64,000 nucleotides of DNA, taken from Shigella phage JK32. Under the pieces are notes generated by a model. It did no database searches. It was not told the DNA's origin and worked only from the letters and a program-made list of their open reading frames with translations. Below, one piece after another: positions 44,631-53,618 of this stretch (its first letter is position 1; each line of letters starts with the position of its first letter). Position numbers and translations under genes: made by a program. Location of the stretch: the sequence record MK962753.1; one strand, written 5' to 3'.

Positions 44631-44690
44631 AAAGATACATTTTCTATGTTCTAAAGATCTTTCTTCGTTTTGATCATAATTTAATCAAAC
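44631..44690. repeat. intergenic repeat copy C
   Basis: 24-nt identity TTCTAAAGATCTTTCTTCGTTTTG with 3906..3929 and 26-nt identity with copy B. Confidence 0.6.
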
Positions 44691-44735
44691 AGTATTAATA
44701 TTGTGCACATGTAAACTAAAATTATGTTAATAACA

Positions 44736-44761
44736 GATACAAAAAAGCCGCCCCGAAGGAC
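44736..44761 (-). terminator. rho-independent terminator
   Basis: AGCCGCCCCGAAGGACGGCT hairpin with T-run on minus strand; member of a three-copy terminator family. Confidence 0.5.
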
Positions 44762-44773
44762 GGCTAATGTTAA

Positions 44774-45211
44774 TTATTTGTTGATAACGATCTGATTTCG
44801 GCGAATGGTAACATTACTCTTAGAGATGATCAGATCATCCGGCACTACGTTAGTTTTGTATGGCTGGAAGCGAACAAGCATCTGATTGCGTTTAGACCCT
44901 TCCTTAATCTTGATTTCCATCTGGATATTGTTGCCTACGTGAGCAACCGCAATTTCACCTTTATTCTCATAGACCCACTTGCTGGTAACGTCTCCAGCAA
45001 AAGCCTTAATAACTTGCAATGCTTCGTCGTATGCGGTAGAGCTGTGAACTTTCAGAAGGCCAGCCGTCGCCAGACGTGAGCAAGTGATCGCCGGAGACTG
45101 CCAAACATCAACATTAATTTGCTCAATCAGAGTAACACCGCCCTGATCAACTGCTTTGAATGCTTCGAACATTGCTTTTTTCATTGCTACGTGGTTTTTA
45201 CGGAATTTCAT
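44774..45211 (-). CDS. hypothetical protein
   Basis: 145-aa ORF downstream of a consensus sigma70 promoter. Confidence 0.4.
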   Translation of the reverse strand: MKFRKNHVAMKKAMFEAFKAVDQGGVTLIEQINVDVWQSPAITCSRLATAGLLKVHSSTAYDEALQVIKAFAGDVTSKWVYENKGEIAVAHVGNNIQMEIKIKEGSKRNQMLVRFQPYKTNVVPDDLIISKSNVTIRRNQIVINK

Positions 45212-45257
45212 AATTAGTCACCTCTATTGATTAGTTATTCAGAATATTAATTACAAA

Positions 45258-45641
45258 TTAGGACATTGCCCGTTTGAATGCGTCCATTATAACAGTGTTA
45301 TTTGGCTTGTCAACACGTTTTTGAACTTTATTTTTAAATTTTTTGTTGATGTGGTGTTTACGATAAACAACCTTTTCACGGTTGGCGTAAGCCTCTCGTG
45401 CATCTTTTACCATCAACCATGCCTTAGCCGCATCTTGTCCGCTGATCCCGCCAATCTTTTTAGCAATATCAACAAAATTAAGACCGTGGTCTTCGCGTAG
45501 CATGTAAACCATTAACGCTGTTTTCTTGTCCATCACTTCGCCCCATTGACGATTAACAGGATAGTGATCAGTACCGGAAACTGGATCATGACAGTACCAA
45601 TAAACCGGATAAACGCATTTTCTGACTTCCACACATGACAT
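45258..45641 (-). CDS. hypothetical protein with possible helix-turn-helix
   Basis: 127-aa ORF; segment LNFVDIAKKIGGISGQDAAKAW is HTH-like; true start may be an internal Met. Confidence 0.35.
   Translation of the reverse strand: MSCVEVRKCVYPVYWYCHDPVSGTDHYPVNRQWGEVMDKKTALMVYMLREDHGLNFVDIAKKIGGISGQDAAKAWLMVKDAREAYANREKVVYRKHHINKKFKNKVQKRVDKPNNTVIMDAFKRAMS
45286..45313 (-). promoter_or_regulatory. sigma70 consensus promoter (TTGACA-16-TATAAT)
   Basis: Perfect hexamers on minus strand, inside the 3' end of ORF 45258..45641. Confidence 0.55.
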
Positions 45642-45730
45642 GCGACTAGCTGATAGACCATTGTTGCAACCAAAGCCAGAAAATACATCTCGATTGGTGC
45701 TTCTTTGATCAATCGTACAATCTCATTCAT
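45533..45730 (-). CDS. hypothetical small membrane protein
   Basis: 65-aa hydrophobic ORF overlapping the previous ORF in another frame; only one of the two may be real over the overlap. Confidence 0.3.
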   Translation of the reverse strand: MNEIVRLIKEAPIEMYFLALVATMVYQLVACHVWKSENAFIRFIGTVMIQFPVLITILLIVNGAK

Positions 45731-45850
45731 ACTTCACCTCATACATTCATAAACACAACAACGAATAGGACAGTAACAGTTATTAAAGCCATTTTCAACC
45801 CCATATTCATAATATTTTCCTCATAAGGTAACGCCCTGTTGATGTGTGCC

Positions 45851-45878
45851 ATTATAAGCCACTAAATCACACTGTCAA
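45851..45878 (-). promoter_or_regulatory. sigma70 consensus promoter (TTGACA-16-TATAAT)
   Basis: Perfect hexamers on minus strand immediately downstream of the terminator hairpin. Confidence 0.55.
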
Positions 45879-45884
45879 GCACTA

Positions 45885-45914
45885 AAAACAAAAAAGCCAC
45901 CCCGAAGGATGGCT
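45885..45914 (-). terminator. rho-independent terminator after hoc paralog
   Basis: AGCCACCCCGAAGGATGGCT hairpin with long T-run on minus strand. Confidence 0.55.
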
Positions 45915-45925
45915 GATAGATTTCA

Positions 45926-47167
45926 TTAAGCAGGAGGCGTTTCACGAATGCGTAGAACTCGCTCTAACGTCTCTCGGTCCAGTTTATGGAAATCTTTGGA
46001 CTGATACATGAAACCATTGCGAGATTCCATGCAAGTGCAATCACTATATTTTTCTTCCGCTGCTGCGATCGTCTCCAGATCTTTGGCGTACTTGCTGGTT
46101 GAATAAACTTCTCGGTGACGCCACTCTAAACCAGCCTCATTGAATTTAACAATCTCGTCAAATACCCACCATCCAATATAGATGAATGAAGTTTTGCGCC
46201 ACGGGATCGGGTGCACGTAACGGAACATTTTATGAAGAGATTCAACAACTTCCATTGAACACTTTCTGCTTGTATGTGCTGCAACTTCTACTGTTGCGCT
46301 TTCGATCTGTTGGTATAATTTAGCAACACACCAGAATTTGGCTGTGTCATCGTAAGTAGCACGCTCTTTGAACAGATGACCGTCTGGCATGATAGAAAAT
46401 CCTTCCAGTGCTTCGCCGACCTCACTACCGATCAGAGTCGGTGACGGCTGTCCTTCACGTTGCAAATACCAGTTATGTTTGATAGTCAATTTAGGCATAC
46501 CGCTAGAATCGCCTACAATGTCCTCTGATACAACATAATTAAGTAAGATTTCCTTACCTAGTGCTACGGTCTTTGATTCCACCACATCCTGATCTACGCT
46601 CATTGTAGCCAGCATGATTTTAGTCGATGCACTATCGGCTGAATCTTCCGATTCGCCCCATACTTTGACAGTATACACACCGTTGTTATCTGCTGTAAAT
46701 TCTTGGATCGTGATATCCTGTGTTGTGTCTATAACTTCTTCGCCCTTACTCCAACTATAATGTAGTTCATAGTTGTCTGTTGGAGTCTTCCCGCCAGAGA
46801 ATTTGACGGTTGCGTGTAATTCTACGTCTGTGTGAGTAGGAACATAGAATTGCGGCGGTTCGGTGATCTTAACGATTAATTCAGCTTCTTCCATACGGAA
46901 AACGTCAGATTCTACAGATTCCCCGCTGTCGGTATCTTGTACGGTGACTTTATAGTTACCCGCATTTTCACTTGTTGCACCTGCTACAGTTAGCGTAGCG
47001 GTGTTATTTTCATGCGGTTTGTTGTCTTTTGTCCATGTATAGGACAAATTGCTGGGTAATGGTTCGTCACCTGCTACAGTCGCTGTTAATGTGAAACCAT
47101 CTCCAGCAAGAAAACATCTTTTGTTCGATTTAATTGATACTGTGAAAGCCATATAAAGCCACTCCAT
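45926..47167 (-). CDS. hoc: Hoc-like outer capsid decoration protein (paralog 1)
   Basis: 413 aa; Ig-like repeats; C-terminal YVHPIPWRKTSFIYIGWWVFDEI...ESRNGF matches the T4 Hoc capsid-binding C-terminus. Confidence 0.7.
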   Translation of the reverse strand: MEWLYMAFTVSIKSNKRCFLAGDGFTLTATVAGDEPLPSNLSYTWTKDNKPHENNTATLTVAGATSENAGNYKVTVQDTDSGESVESDVFRMEEAELIVKITEPPQFYVPTHTDVELHATVKFSGGKTPTDNYELHYSWSKGEEVIDTTQDITIQEFTADNNGVYTVKVWGESEDSADSASTKIMLATMSVDQDVVESKTVALGKEILLNYVVSEDIVGDSSGMPKLTIKHNWYLQREGQPSPTLIGSEVGEALEGFSIMPDGHLFKERATYDDTAKFWCVAKLYQQIESATVEVAAHTSRKCSMEVVESLHKMFRYVHPIPWRKTSFIYIGWWVFDEIVKFNEAGLEWRHREVYSTSKYAKDLETIAAAEEKYSDCTCMESRNGFMYQSKDFHKLDRETLERVLRIRETPPA

Positions 47168-47191
47168 ATAAAAGCCGACCCGAAGGTCGGC
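47168..47191 (-). terminator. rho-independent terminator between hoc paralogs
   Basis: GCCGACCCGAAGGTCGGC hairpin with T-run on minus strand. Confidence 0.5.
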
Positions 47192-47201
47192 GTTTAATTA
47201 A

Positions 47202-49742
47202 TTAAAATAGTTGAGTACCATCAACCAGATAACCATTACGAGATTCCAATACATGAGTATTAGAATAGTGATGCAACGAGGCTGCAATAGTCTCGATCTC
47301 GTCCGGGTATTTGGTGTGTTCAAAGTCTTCTAACCAGTTAAGCCCTTCGCGGTTGCAACGGTCAATTTCATCAAGTACCCAATAGCCTTGATACTGGAAC
47401 GAAGTACGACGCCACGGAATCGGGTGTACATAGCGTTTTAATTTCGCGGTAGTAAACACTACACGAACTTTTTCACTATGTTTAACATGTCCTTCGTCGT
47501 CAGTAACTTCTGCATAATAGGTTGCTTGATGTGTCTCCTTGCTAATTTGTTCTTTAGGAATAGTATACACCTTACTATTCGCGCCAGGAATAACAGTATC
47601 TTTACCGCCCTGAATTTTATGCCACTTCCATTGAACTTCTTTTTCATCATCAACGTGTTCGGCATGAGCTTCTAAGGTAATATCCTGTTTCTGTCCTTCT
47701 TTAGCAACCACATCCACCGGATGTTTCAGAATATTGATATTTGAATGATGAGTCATTGTCACTAATGCAGGATTAGATTCAATGGTATTCTCACCAGCCG
47801 TAATTACCGCTGTGTAGCTGCCTACGTCAGACGGTTTTGCGTGATCAATAATCAACACATCTGAATTTGCACCAGGAATAATTTCACCGTCTTTTTTCCA
47901 TTGATATGATGGTTTAATACCAATAGATGTTTGTGCGGCAGCGTGTAACATAATTTTTTCATTATATTTCACATGCGCATCTTGTGGGTGAGTTGTTATT
48001 GCTAGGTCATTTGGAACAACCGTTACATCGTCGGAGATCAACACCCTAACCGCTTCTGACATTTTAGAAACTCGATGTTCACCGAATCCAGCCGATACAC
48101 GGCATGTATAAACGCCAGTAGATGTTAATTGTGCATGATCTTCGCCATATACATTTCGTTGTTCAATTCCTGCTGGGAAAAGATCCTCACCATCTTTAAA
48201 CCAACGGTAACGAACTGGCAAAGCATCATTAGACGTTGCCTTGATGGTAAGCGCCCATTGTCCACCGGAGCGAACTTTAACTGCTTTCGGTTGTACAGTG
48301 ATCTCTAACGTTGCCTTTGAGTTATCAACTGTCACCTGAACTGCATTAGACTCAGCCGAAATTCTGTGATTCTGGATACCCATAGAAACTTTACATTTAT
48401 ATTGACCTTCGTCTGCTTTAGTGATTGAGGAAAAATGCAAAGTTTTAGATGTTTTTCCAGGAATCAACTCATCATTTTTATACCACTGATAATCAAGTTT
48501 ATAATGTTCGTAGTCTGTCTCTGCTTCACAAATAAGAGTTTGTGAGGAACTAACTCGAACATTGGTTAACTGCTGTGGTTGTTGAGTGATTCGAATTGTT
48601 GGCGCAGCACCGACAAGAAGATCCGCTTCTTGTGATTCTGAAACCATATTATCACCGTAAGTCACTTTTGCTTTATATTTCGCCTGATTTAATTCCGCAG
48701 TTGCTGGTGCAATGTGGAGATCTTTATTAGTTGCGCCAACAATTGGTTTAAATTCATCTTCACCATTTTTCTTGATGTACCATTGAACTTTTACTGGTTC
48801 ATAGTTTGTTGCATAATCAACACTGAACAAACCTAAAGCACCAGCACCCACATTTATTGTGAGTGGTTGTTTAGTGAATCGAAAGAACGATCGACCTTCG
48901 ACTGTAACGTGACAATCTTTTGAATAGATCGTTGTTTCTGCTTGACGAACTTCAAGACGCCATACACCCTCGTCTTTTTTCGTGACGTGGGTTATAGTTA
49001 ATGCAGTGCCGTCTTGATCCAACACCATCCTATCGTTGTGAATCCACACATATGATAAAGGACGAGTTTTGTCATCGGTTGTCACCTGTGCTTGTAGTTC
49101 AAGTCTTCCATCTTCTGGAACTGTAACCGCTGATGGGTAATGTTCCTGAATATGAACTTTAGGAGCATCTTTATTTTGTTCCACTACTACAGGACTGATC
49201 CAATAGTGAGAACGTGCATCATCGGTAACAAATACCTTACAAGTATAGTTGCCAAAATCCTCATAACCAACTCGATCTACATGCACGTTTTTTTGACGGA
49301 TTTTATCTGGATTTAACTGAATGTGGTTTTTATACCAAATAGTATCAAATTGCTTGTTATCTTCGATGAACGGAGTAACAAAAATATCCAATTCTTCGCC
49401 TAAACGCTTATAAATGTAGGTCGGAGATTGATCCTGTGGTGCAAGGAAGGTGCGACGTTCAACAAGAATAGGCTTAATATCAACCGATTCAAGCGGATTA
49501 TCTTTCAGCTTAACTTTCGCTGTATACGTGCCGAATTGATCTTGAGTCATTTCAGCAATATACAGAGATTGATCTGGTTCTGCAACCTGATCTGATGGTA
49601 CGCTTTGACCGTTTAGCTTCCATTCTACGATATAGTCTTTAAAATCTGCGGTACTTACTACGAGCTTAAGAACAAGTTCATGTCCTACAGACGCGTAGAC
49701 CGGACCCATAGTTTGATGTAAAATATTGATTTTATCAGACAT
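47202..49742 (-). CDS. hoc: Hoc-like outer capsid decoration protein, expanded (paralog 2)
   Basis: 846 aa; multiple tandem Ig-like segments; C-terminal LKRYVHPIPWRRTSFQYQGYWVLDEI...ESRNGY Hoc-type domain. Confidence 0.7.
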   Translation of the reverse strand: MSDKINILHQTMGPVYASVGHELVLKLVVSTADFKDYIVEWKLNGQSVPSDQVAEPDQSLYIAEMTQDQFGTYTAKVKLKDNPLESVDIKPILVERRTFLAPQDQSPTYIYKRLGEELDIFVTPFIEDNKQFDTIWYKNHIQLNPDKIRQKNVHVDRVGYEDFGNYTCKVFVTDDARSHYWISPVVVEQNKDAPKVHIQEHYPSAVTVPEDGRLELQAQVTTDDKTRPLSYVWIHNDRMVLDQDGTALTITHVTKKDEGVWRLEVRQAETTIYSKDCHVTVEGRSFFRFTKQPLTINVGAGALGLFSVDYATNYEPVKVQWYIKKNGEDEFKPIVGATNKDLHIAPATAELNQAKYKAKVTYGDNMVSESQEADLLVGAAPTIRITQQPQQLTNVRVSSSQTLICEAETDYEHYKLDYQWYKNDELIPGKTSKTLHFSSITKADEGQYKCKVSMGIQNHRISAESNAVQVTVDNSKATLEITVQPKAVKVRSGGQWALTIKATSNDALPVRYRWFKDGEDLFPAGIEQRNVYGEDHAQLTSTGVYTCRVSAGFGEHRVSKMSEAVRVLISDDVTVVPNDLAITTHPQDAHVKYNEKIMLHAAAQTSIGIKPSYQWKKDGEIIPGANSDVLIIDHAKPSDVGSYTAVITAGENTIESNPALVTMTHHSNINILKHPVDVVAKEGQKQDITLEAHAEHVDDEKEVQWKWHKIQGGKDTVIPGANSKVYTIPKEQISKETHQATYYAEVTDDEGHVKHSEKVRVVFTTAKLKRYVHPIPWRRTSFQYQGYWVLDEIDRCNREGLNWLEDFEHTKYPDEIETIAASLHHYSNTHVLESRNGYLVDGTQLF

Positions 49743-49820
49743 GTAATATCCTCTTTTTTAATTGCATAACGGAACTACAATTAAAAACATAACAAATATT
49801 TCACAACTTTTACACTCTTA

Positions 49821-50546
49821 TTATTTAAGCGTGTGGAATTGGCTGTGTTTAGTCTCTCGCACCTTGACAGACCCATCGCGTTTGATATAATAGATCAGTG
49901 ACTTGAGGGTGTCGTGTACATACGCGTGCGGGAAACGTTCTGGATACTTCTTCCAATCTGGAGTATTAACGATCCAGTCGAAAATCCACCACGGGCAGGA
50001 GTAGTAACCACGACCGCCACCGATCAAGCAAATGGTCGGACGGAAACCAGTAAGATCGCAAAATGAGTCAGTGTCATGTGCTGGGGAACGATGCTCTGCT
50101 TCGTCAGAGAAAATGTTTGCTACCGGAGATTCCGCTTTAACTTCCGATGCTTCTTCAAAATCTAACTTAACTTCTTCGACCACTGGTTCAACTGCTGGAG
50201 ATTCTTCTTTTGTTTCTTCAATGACGATCTCAGGTTCTTTCATTGCTTCAACCAGAGACGGATCAACTTCGTCGAATACCACTTTATCATCTGCGGTGTC
50301 TGCTGCCAGAATAAGATCGTTAATACTGGTTCCCTCTTCTGGGGTTTCTTCTTCCATTTCGGACGCCAGTTTAGTTAATTCGGTTTCTACGAACTCGATC
50401 ATATTCTCTAGCGAGAGCGTCTTTTTGACCTTGATATCAAATTGTTTTGCGTAGTCCGCTAATTCTGTTTTAGCGGTTTTCTGTGCTTCTTTGTCGTCGG
50501 ACGCCGCAATAGCGCGGAGTTCTTCGAAATATTCTTTATCAAACAT
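49821..50546 (-). CDS. acidic protein with Hoc-like C-terminal domain; positional equivalent of T4 inh
   Basis: 241 aa; acidic N-terminal half; C-terminal YSCPWWIFDWI resembles Hoc C-terminal WCGWWVMDEI. Confidence 0.4.
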   Translation of the reverse strand: MFDKEYFEELRAIAASDDKEAQKTAKTELADYAKQFDIKVKKTLSLENMIEFVETELTKLASEMEEETPEEGTSINDLILAADTADDKVVFDEVDPSLVEAMKEPEIVIEETKEESPAVEPVVEEVKLDFEEASEVKAESPVANIFSDEAEHRSPAHDTDSFCDLTGFRPTICLIGGGRGYYSCPWWIFDWIVNTPDWKKYPERFPHAYVHDTLKSLIYYIKRDGSVKVRETKHSQFHTLK

Positions 50547-50572
50547 GTTATTCTCCTGATTGGGGGTGTTTG

Positions 50573-50580
50573 TATAAATA
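50573..50580 (+). promoter_or_regulatory. T4-type late promoter TATAAATA
   Basis: Exact octamer about 22 nt upstream of uvsW. Confidence 0.5.
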
Positions 50581-50601
50581 TTTGTATACTGTATTTATTG
50601 A

Positions 50602-52119
50602 GTGAGGCTATTCGCTATGCAAGATATTAAAATTCACTTTCTGAACTACTCTCATGTTCAAATTGAATGTAGCGATTCAATTTTATTAGAAATGCGAGAT
50701 TATTTTAGTTTTGAAGTCGAGGGAGCGCGGTTTCAAAAAAGATTTAAGTATGGTGGATGGGATGGGCGTATTCGTCTTTTAGATTACAATGGAAAGCTGC
50801 CAATCGGCCTAACTAAAACCGTGGGAATCTTCGCTAAAAATATGGGCTATAGCGTATGGGTAGACCCTCGCTTATTCGAAAAAGAACAAGTTACAGAAGA
50901 AGAAATTACAAAATGGTGTAATGATCTGGAATTATATTCCGGTGCTAACAGGATCACCCCGCATTGGTATCAATCAAAGGCTGTCTTTGAAGGTATTCAT
51001 CATAAACGCCGTATGTTAGTTTTGCCTACGTCCGCTGGTAAATCTGCGATTGCTTGTATGTTGTCTCGCTGGTACTTAGAGAACTACGAAGGGAAAGTGC
51101 TGATCATCGTTCCTACCACGTCGCTAGTGCTGCAAATGCGTGATGATTTTGTTGATTATCGCCAGTTTCCTTATGAAGCAATTCATACTATCATGAGCGG
51201 TACTAGTAAACACGTAGGTGATCGCCTGATCGTTGTTAGTACATGGCAATCTGCATGTAAACAGCCTCGTGAGTGGTTCCAACAATTTGGGATGGTAATT
51301 GTTGATGAATGTCACAAGGCCACTGCTAAAAACCTGCTAAACATCGTTACTGATATGGATCATTGCCAATTTAAGATCGGCATGACTGGTTCCCCTCGTG
51401 ACGGGAAAGCTAACATGATGCAGTATGTCGGGCTTTTCGGTGATATTTCTAAGATCGTGAGTATTGACCGCCTGATGGAAGAAGGTCAAGTGACAAAACT
51501 GAAAATTAACTGTCTTTTCCTTCGTTATACCGATGAGGAATGTAGCGCGGTTAAGGGGAGAGAATATGCGGAAGAGATCAAGTATATTACATCTAACCCA
51601 CGACGAAATAAGTTTGCTTGCAATTTGGCGCTAAAACTCGCTAAGAAGGGCGAAAACGTATTCCTTATGTTCCGCAATACTAAGCACGGAAAACTTATGT
51701 ATGACGCGTTACAGAAGGTACACGACAAGGTTTATTATATTGACGGTGGAGTTAAGACAGAAGAACGTGATGAATTTAAGAAAATGGCGGAGGGTGACAC
51801 CGGGATCATTTGTGTTGCGTCTTATGGTGTGTTCTCTACTGGTGTTTCCATCAAGAACTTGCACCATGTTATTTTCGGGCATCCAGTTAAAGAATCAACC
51901 ATTGTTAGACAGAGTATCGGTCGTGCATTGCGTAAACATGGTTCTAAGGATATTGCTACCGTTTGGGATCTTATCGATCATTTGGCGGTTAAGACAAAGA
52001 GCAAGAATGCTAAGAAACAGTTTAGCCACCTTAATTATGCTCTTAAACATGCGCTTTTGAGGATACAGCTTTACAATACCGATAAATTTGAGTATGCTAC
52101 CAAGACTATAGAAATCTAA
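50602..52119 (+). CDS. uvsW: UvsW DNA/RNA helicase
   Basis: 505 aa; collinear with T4 UvsW (PTSAGKS Walker A, DECH box, HFLNYSHVQIECS N-terminus). Confidence 0.9.
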   Translation: MRLFAMQDIKIHFLNYSHVQIECSDSILLEMRDYFSFEVEGARFQKRFKYGGWDGRIRLLDYNGKLPIGLTKTVGIFAKNMGYSVWVDPRLFEKEQVTEEEITKWCNDLELYSGANRITPHWYQSKAVFEGIHHKRRMLVLPTSAGKSAIACMLSRWYLENYEGKVLIIVPTTSLVLQMRDDFVDYRQFPYEAIHTIMSGTSKHVGDRLIVVSTWQSACKQPREWFQQFGMVIVDECHKATAKNLLNIVTDMDHCQFKIGMTGSPRDGKANMMQYVGLFGDISKIVSIDRLMEEGQVTKLKINCLFLRYTDEECSAVKGREYAEEIKYITSNPRRNKFACNLALKLAKKGENVFLMFRNTKHGKLMYDALQKVHDKVYYIDGGVKTEERDEFKKMAEGDTGIICVASYGVFSTGVSIKNLHHVIFGHPVKESTIVRQSIGRALRKHGSKDIATVWDLIDHLAVKTKSKNAKKQFSHLNYALKHALLRIQLYNTDKFEYATKTIEI

Positions 52120-52130
52120 TGATACAAAAA

Positions 52131-52150
52131 TACCCCGCGCTATGCGGGGT
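52131..52150 (+). other. GC-rich hairpin without T-run
   Basis: ACCCCGCGCTATGCGGGGT between uvsW and the following ORF. Confidence 0.4.
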
Positions 52151-52167
52151 ATGGAGGAAAGAAAATC

Positions 52168-53253
52168 ATGGAACTTGTATTTGCTAAAGATATAGAATTT
52201 GTAAAGAAAACAAACAATAAGTCCCCTCAATATTATGAAGACCTTATTATCAAACGCTGTGCTGATCTGAAACTTAACTTTGATGGATTTATTCTTCCGT
52301 GGACTGGTGCTAAGACTAAATTAATTATATCAAATCCAGAAAACGGTTTGACACAGACAATAAATGTTAACAGAATGATAACTTCTACAAATCCAGGTGA
52401 CAAACTAAAACGAGCAAATGAATTGCACTACAAGTCAGAAGCAACAAAATATCTGTTAAACGCTGGTCTTGAATTTATTGGTTGGAATGGGGAATATAAT
52501 AAAAGTAATTCTCTGTCTACATGGTGCGACGCTAAATGTTTGATTCATGGAACTACTCATCGATATTTATTGCGAACTATAGTTCAGCATAAAGATATGG
52601 TAAAGACAAAATGTGTTGAATGTTATCGGATCAATGAATTGACGGAAAAATACGGTAGTGTTGATGCAGCAATAGAAGACCAAGAAAAGCGAGTTTTCGA
52701 TATTGTTTCTAAGTTGGGGTATGAAATAAAACATTTCACTGGAGACCGATTGAGAGACAGCGAAACTGATGTAGTTCTATATTGCCCTAAACATGATGTT
52801 GAGTTTAGTCGAAATGTTTGCGACCTGGTTTATAAGAAATTTGTATACTGTCCTACATGCATTTCTGTTAATAAAGGAATGAGAAGTGGAATAATCCATT
52901 CCTCCAATATAGGGGCATCTAAACCGACTTCAATCTATTTGCAAAATTTGAGCGATAAGTTTTGTAAGTTTGGCGTTAGCGTTCGCCCAAAAGTTAGGAT
53001 GTATGAGCAACAAAAAGTTTCTCAATATAACCACTCTCTTGTGTATGTTCACACTTTCGAAAAAGGCTGGATGGCTGCCGATGTGGAATATGGGATAAAA
53101 CTTAACTTTAAAGGGCGTGGTGCTAGCCCTACAGCCGTTCCTGATGGGTATACGGAAACGAGAGATATTAGTATGCTCGATAGTATAAAACAGTTTATAG
53201 AAAACTATATAAGAGAGAATCCAGAAAATCCTCTATACCTAACAGAAATTTAA
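52168..53253 (+). CDS. Cys-rich protein with possible degenerate GIY-YIG/T5orf172-like motif (candidate free-standing endonuclease)
   Basis: 361 aa; several Cys pairs; C-terminal SIYLQNLSDKFCKFGVSVRPKVR resembles a GIY-x(10)-YIG pattern; flanked by hairpins. Confidence 0.3.
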   Translation: MELVFAKDIEFVKKTNNKSPQYYEDLIIKRCADLKLNFDGFILPWTGAKTKLIISNPENGLTQTINVNRMITSTNPGDKLKRANELHYKSEATKYLLNAGLEFIGWNGEYNKSNSLSTWCDAKCLIHGTTHRYLLRTIVQHKDMVKTKCVECYRINELTEKYGSVDAAIEDQEKRVFDIVSKLGYEIKHFTGDRLRDSETDVVLYCPKHDVEFSRNVCDLVYKKFVYCPTCISVNKGMRSGIIHSSNIGASKPTSIYLQNLSDKFCKFGVSVRPKVRMYEQQKVSQYNHSLVYVHTFEKGWMAADVEYGIKLNFKGRGASPTAVPDGYTETRDISMLDSIKQFIENYIRENPENPLYLTEI

Positions 53254-53258
53254 TAAAT

Positions 53259-53284
53259 AGGGGCATATAGCCCCTATATTTTTA
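53259..53284 (+). terminator. rho-independent terminator
   Basis: AGGGGCATATAGCCCCT hairpin followed by ATATTTTTAC. Confidence 0.55.
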
Positions 53285-53298
53285 CGGAGATTAAAATA

Positions 53299-53538
53299 AT
53301 GAGTATTAGCTTTAAAAGATTCCTTGTAGAAGCGGTTATTGATGGTTTCATGAATAAAATCTATTCTTGTAATACTATGGAAGGTTTGGACGAGCTTGAA
53401 AAATATTATGAAAAGCGCAAGAAAGAGACCGATCTCAAACCGTCAGATGATATCTCTATTCGTGATGCAATAGCAGGTCGGAGAAAACAGTTAGAGAGTG
53501 AAAACGAGCCGGAGGAGGAGCCGGAAGAGGATTTTTAA
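53299..53538 (+). CDS. hypothetical small acidic protein
   Basis: 79 aa with acidic tail EPEEEPEEDF. Confidence 0.35.
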   Translation: MSISFKRFLVEAVIDGFMNKIYSCNTMEGLDELEKYYEKRKKETDLKPSDDISIRDAIAGRRKQLESENEPEEEPEEDF

Positions 53539-53553
53539 TAAATCATCGGATAC

Positions 53554-53580
53554 AAAAAAAAGCCCCATCAATGATGGGGC
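53554..53580 (-). terminator. rho-independent terminator for the uvsY-side operon
   Basis: GCCCCATCAATGATGGGGC hairpin with T-run on minus strand. Confidence 0.55.
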
Positions 53581-53618
53581 AAACAAAACCAATTAAAATC
53601 GGTTATCAACAAATTCCT

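Noticed and set aside
44361-44773. tRNA or other structured RNA gene in the ORF-free region
   Set aside because: No cloverleaf hallmarks (GTTCRANYC T-loop with a matching acceptor stem) were seen by eye; left as a repeat/regulatory region only.
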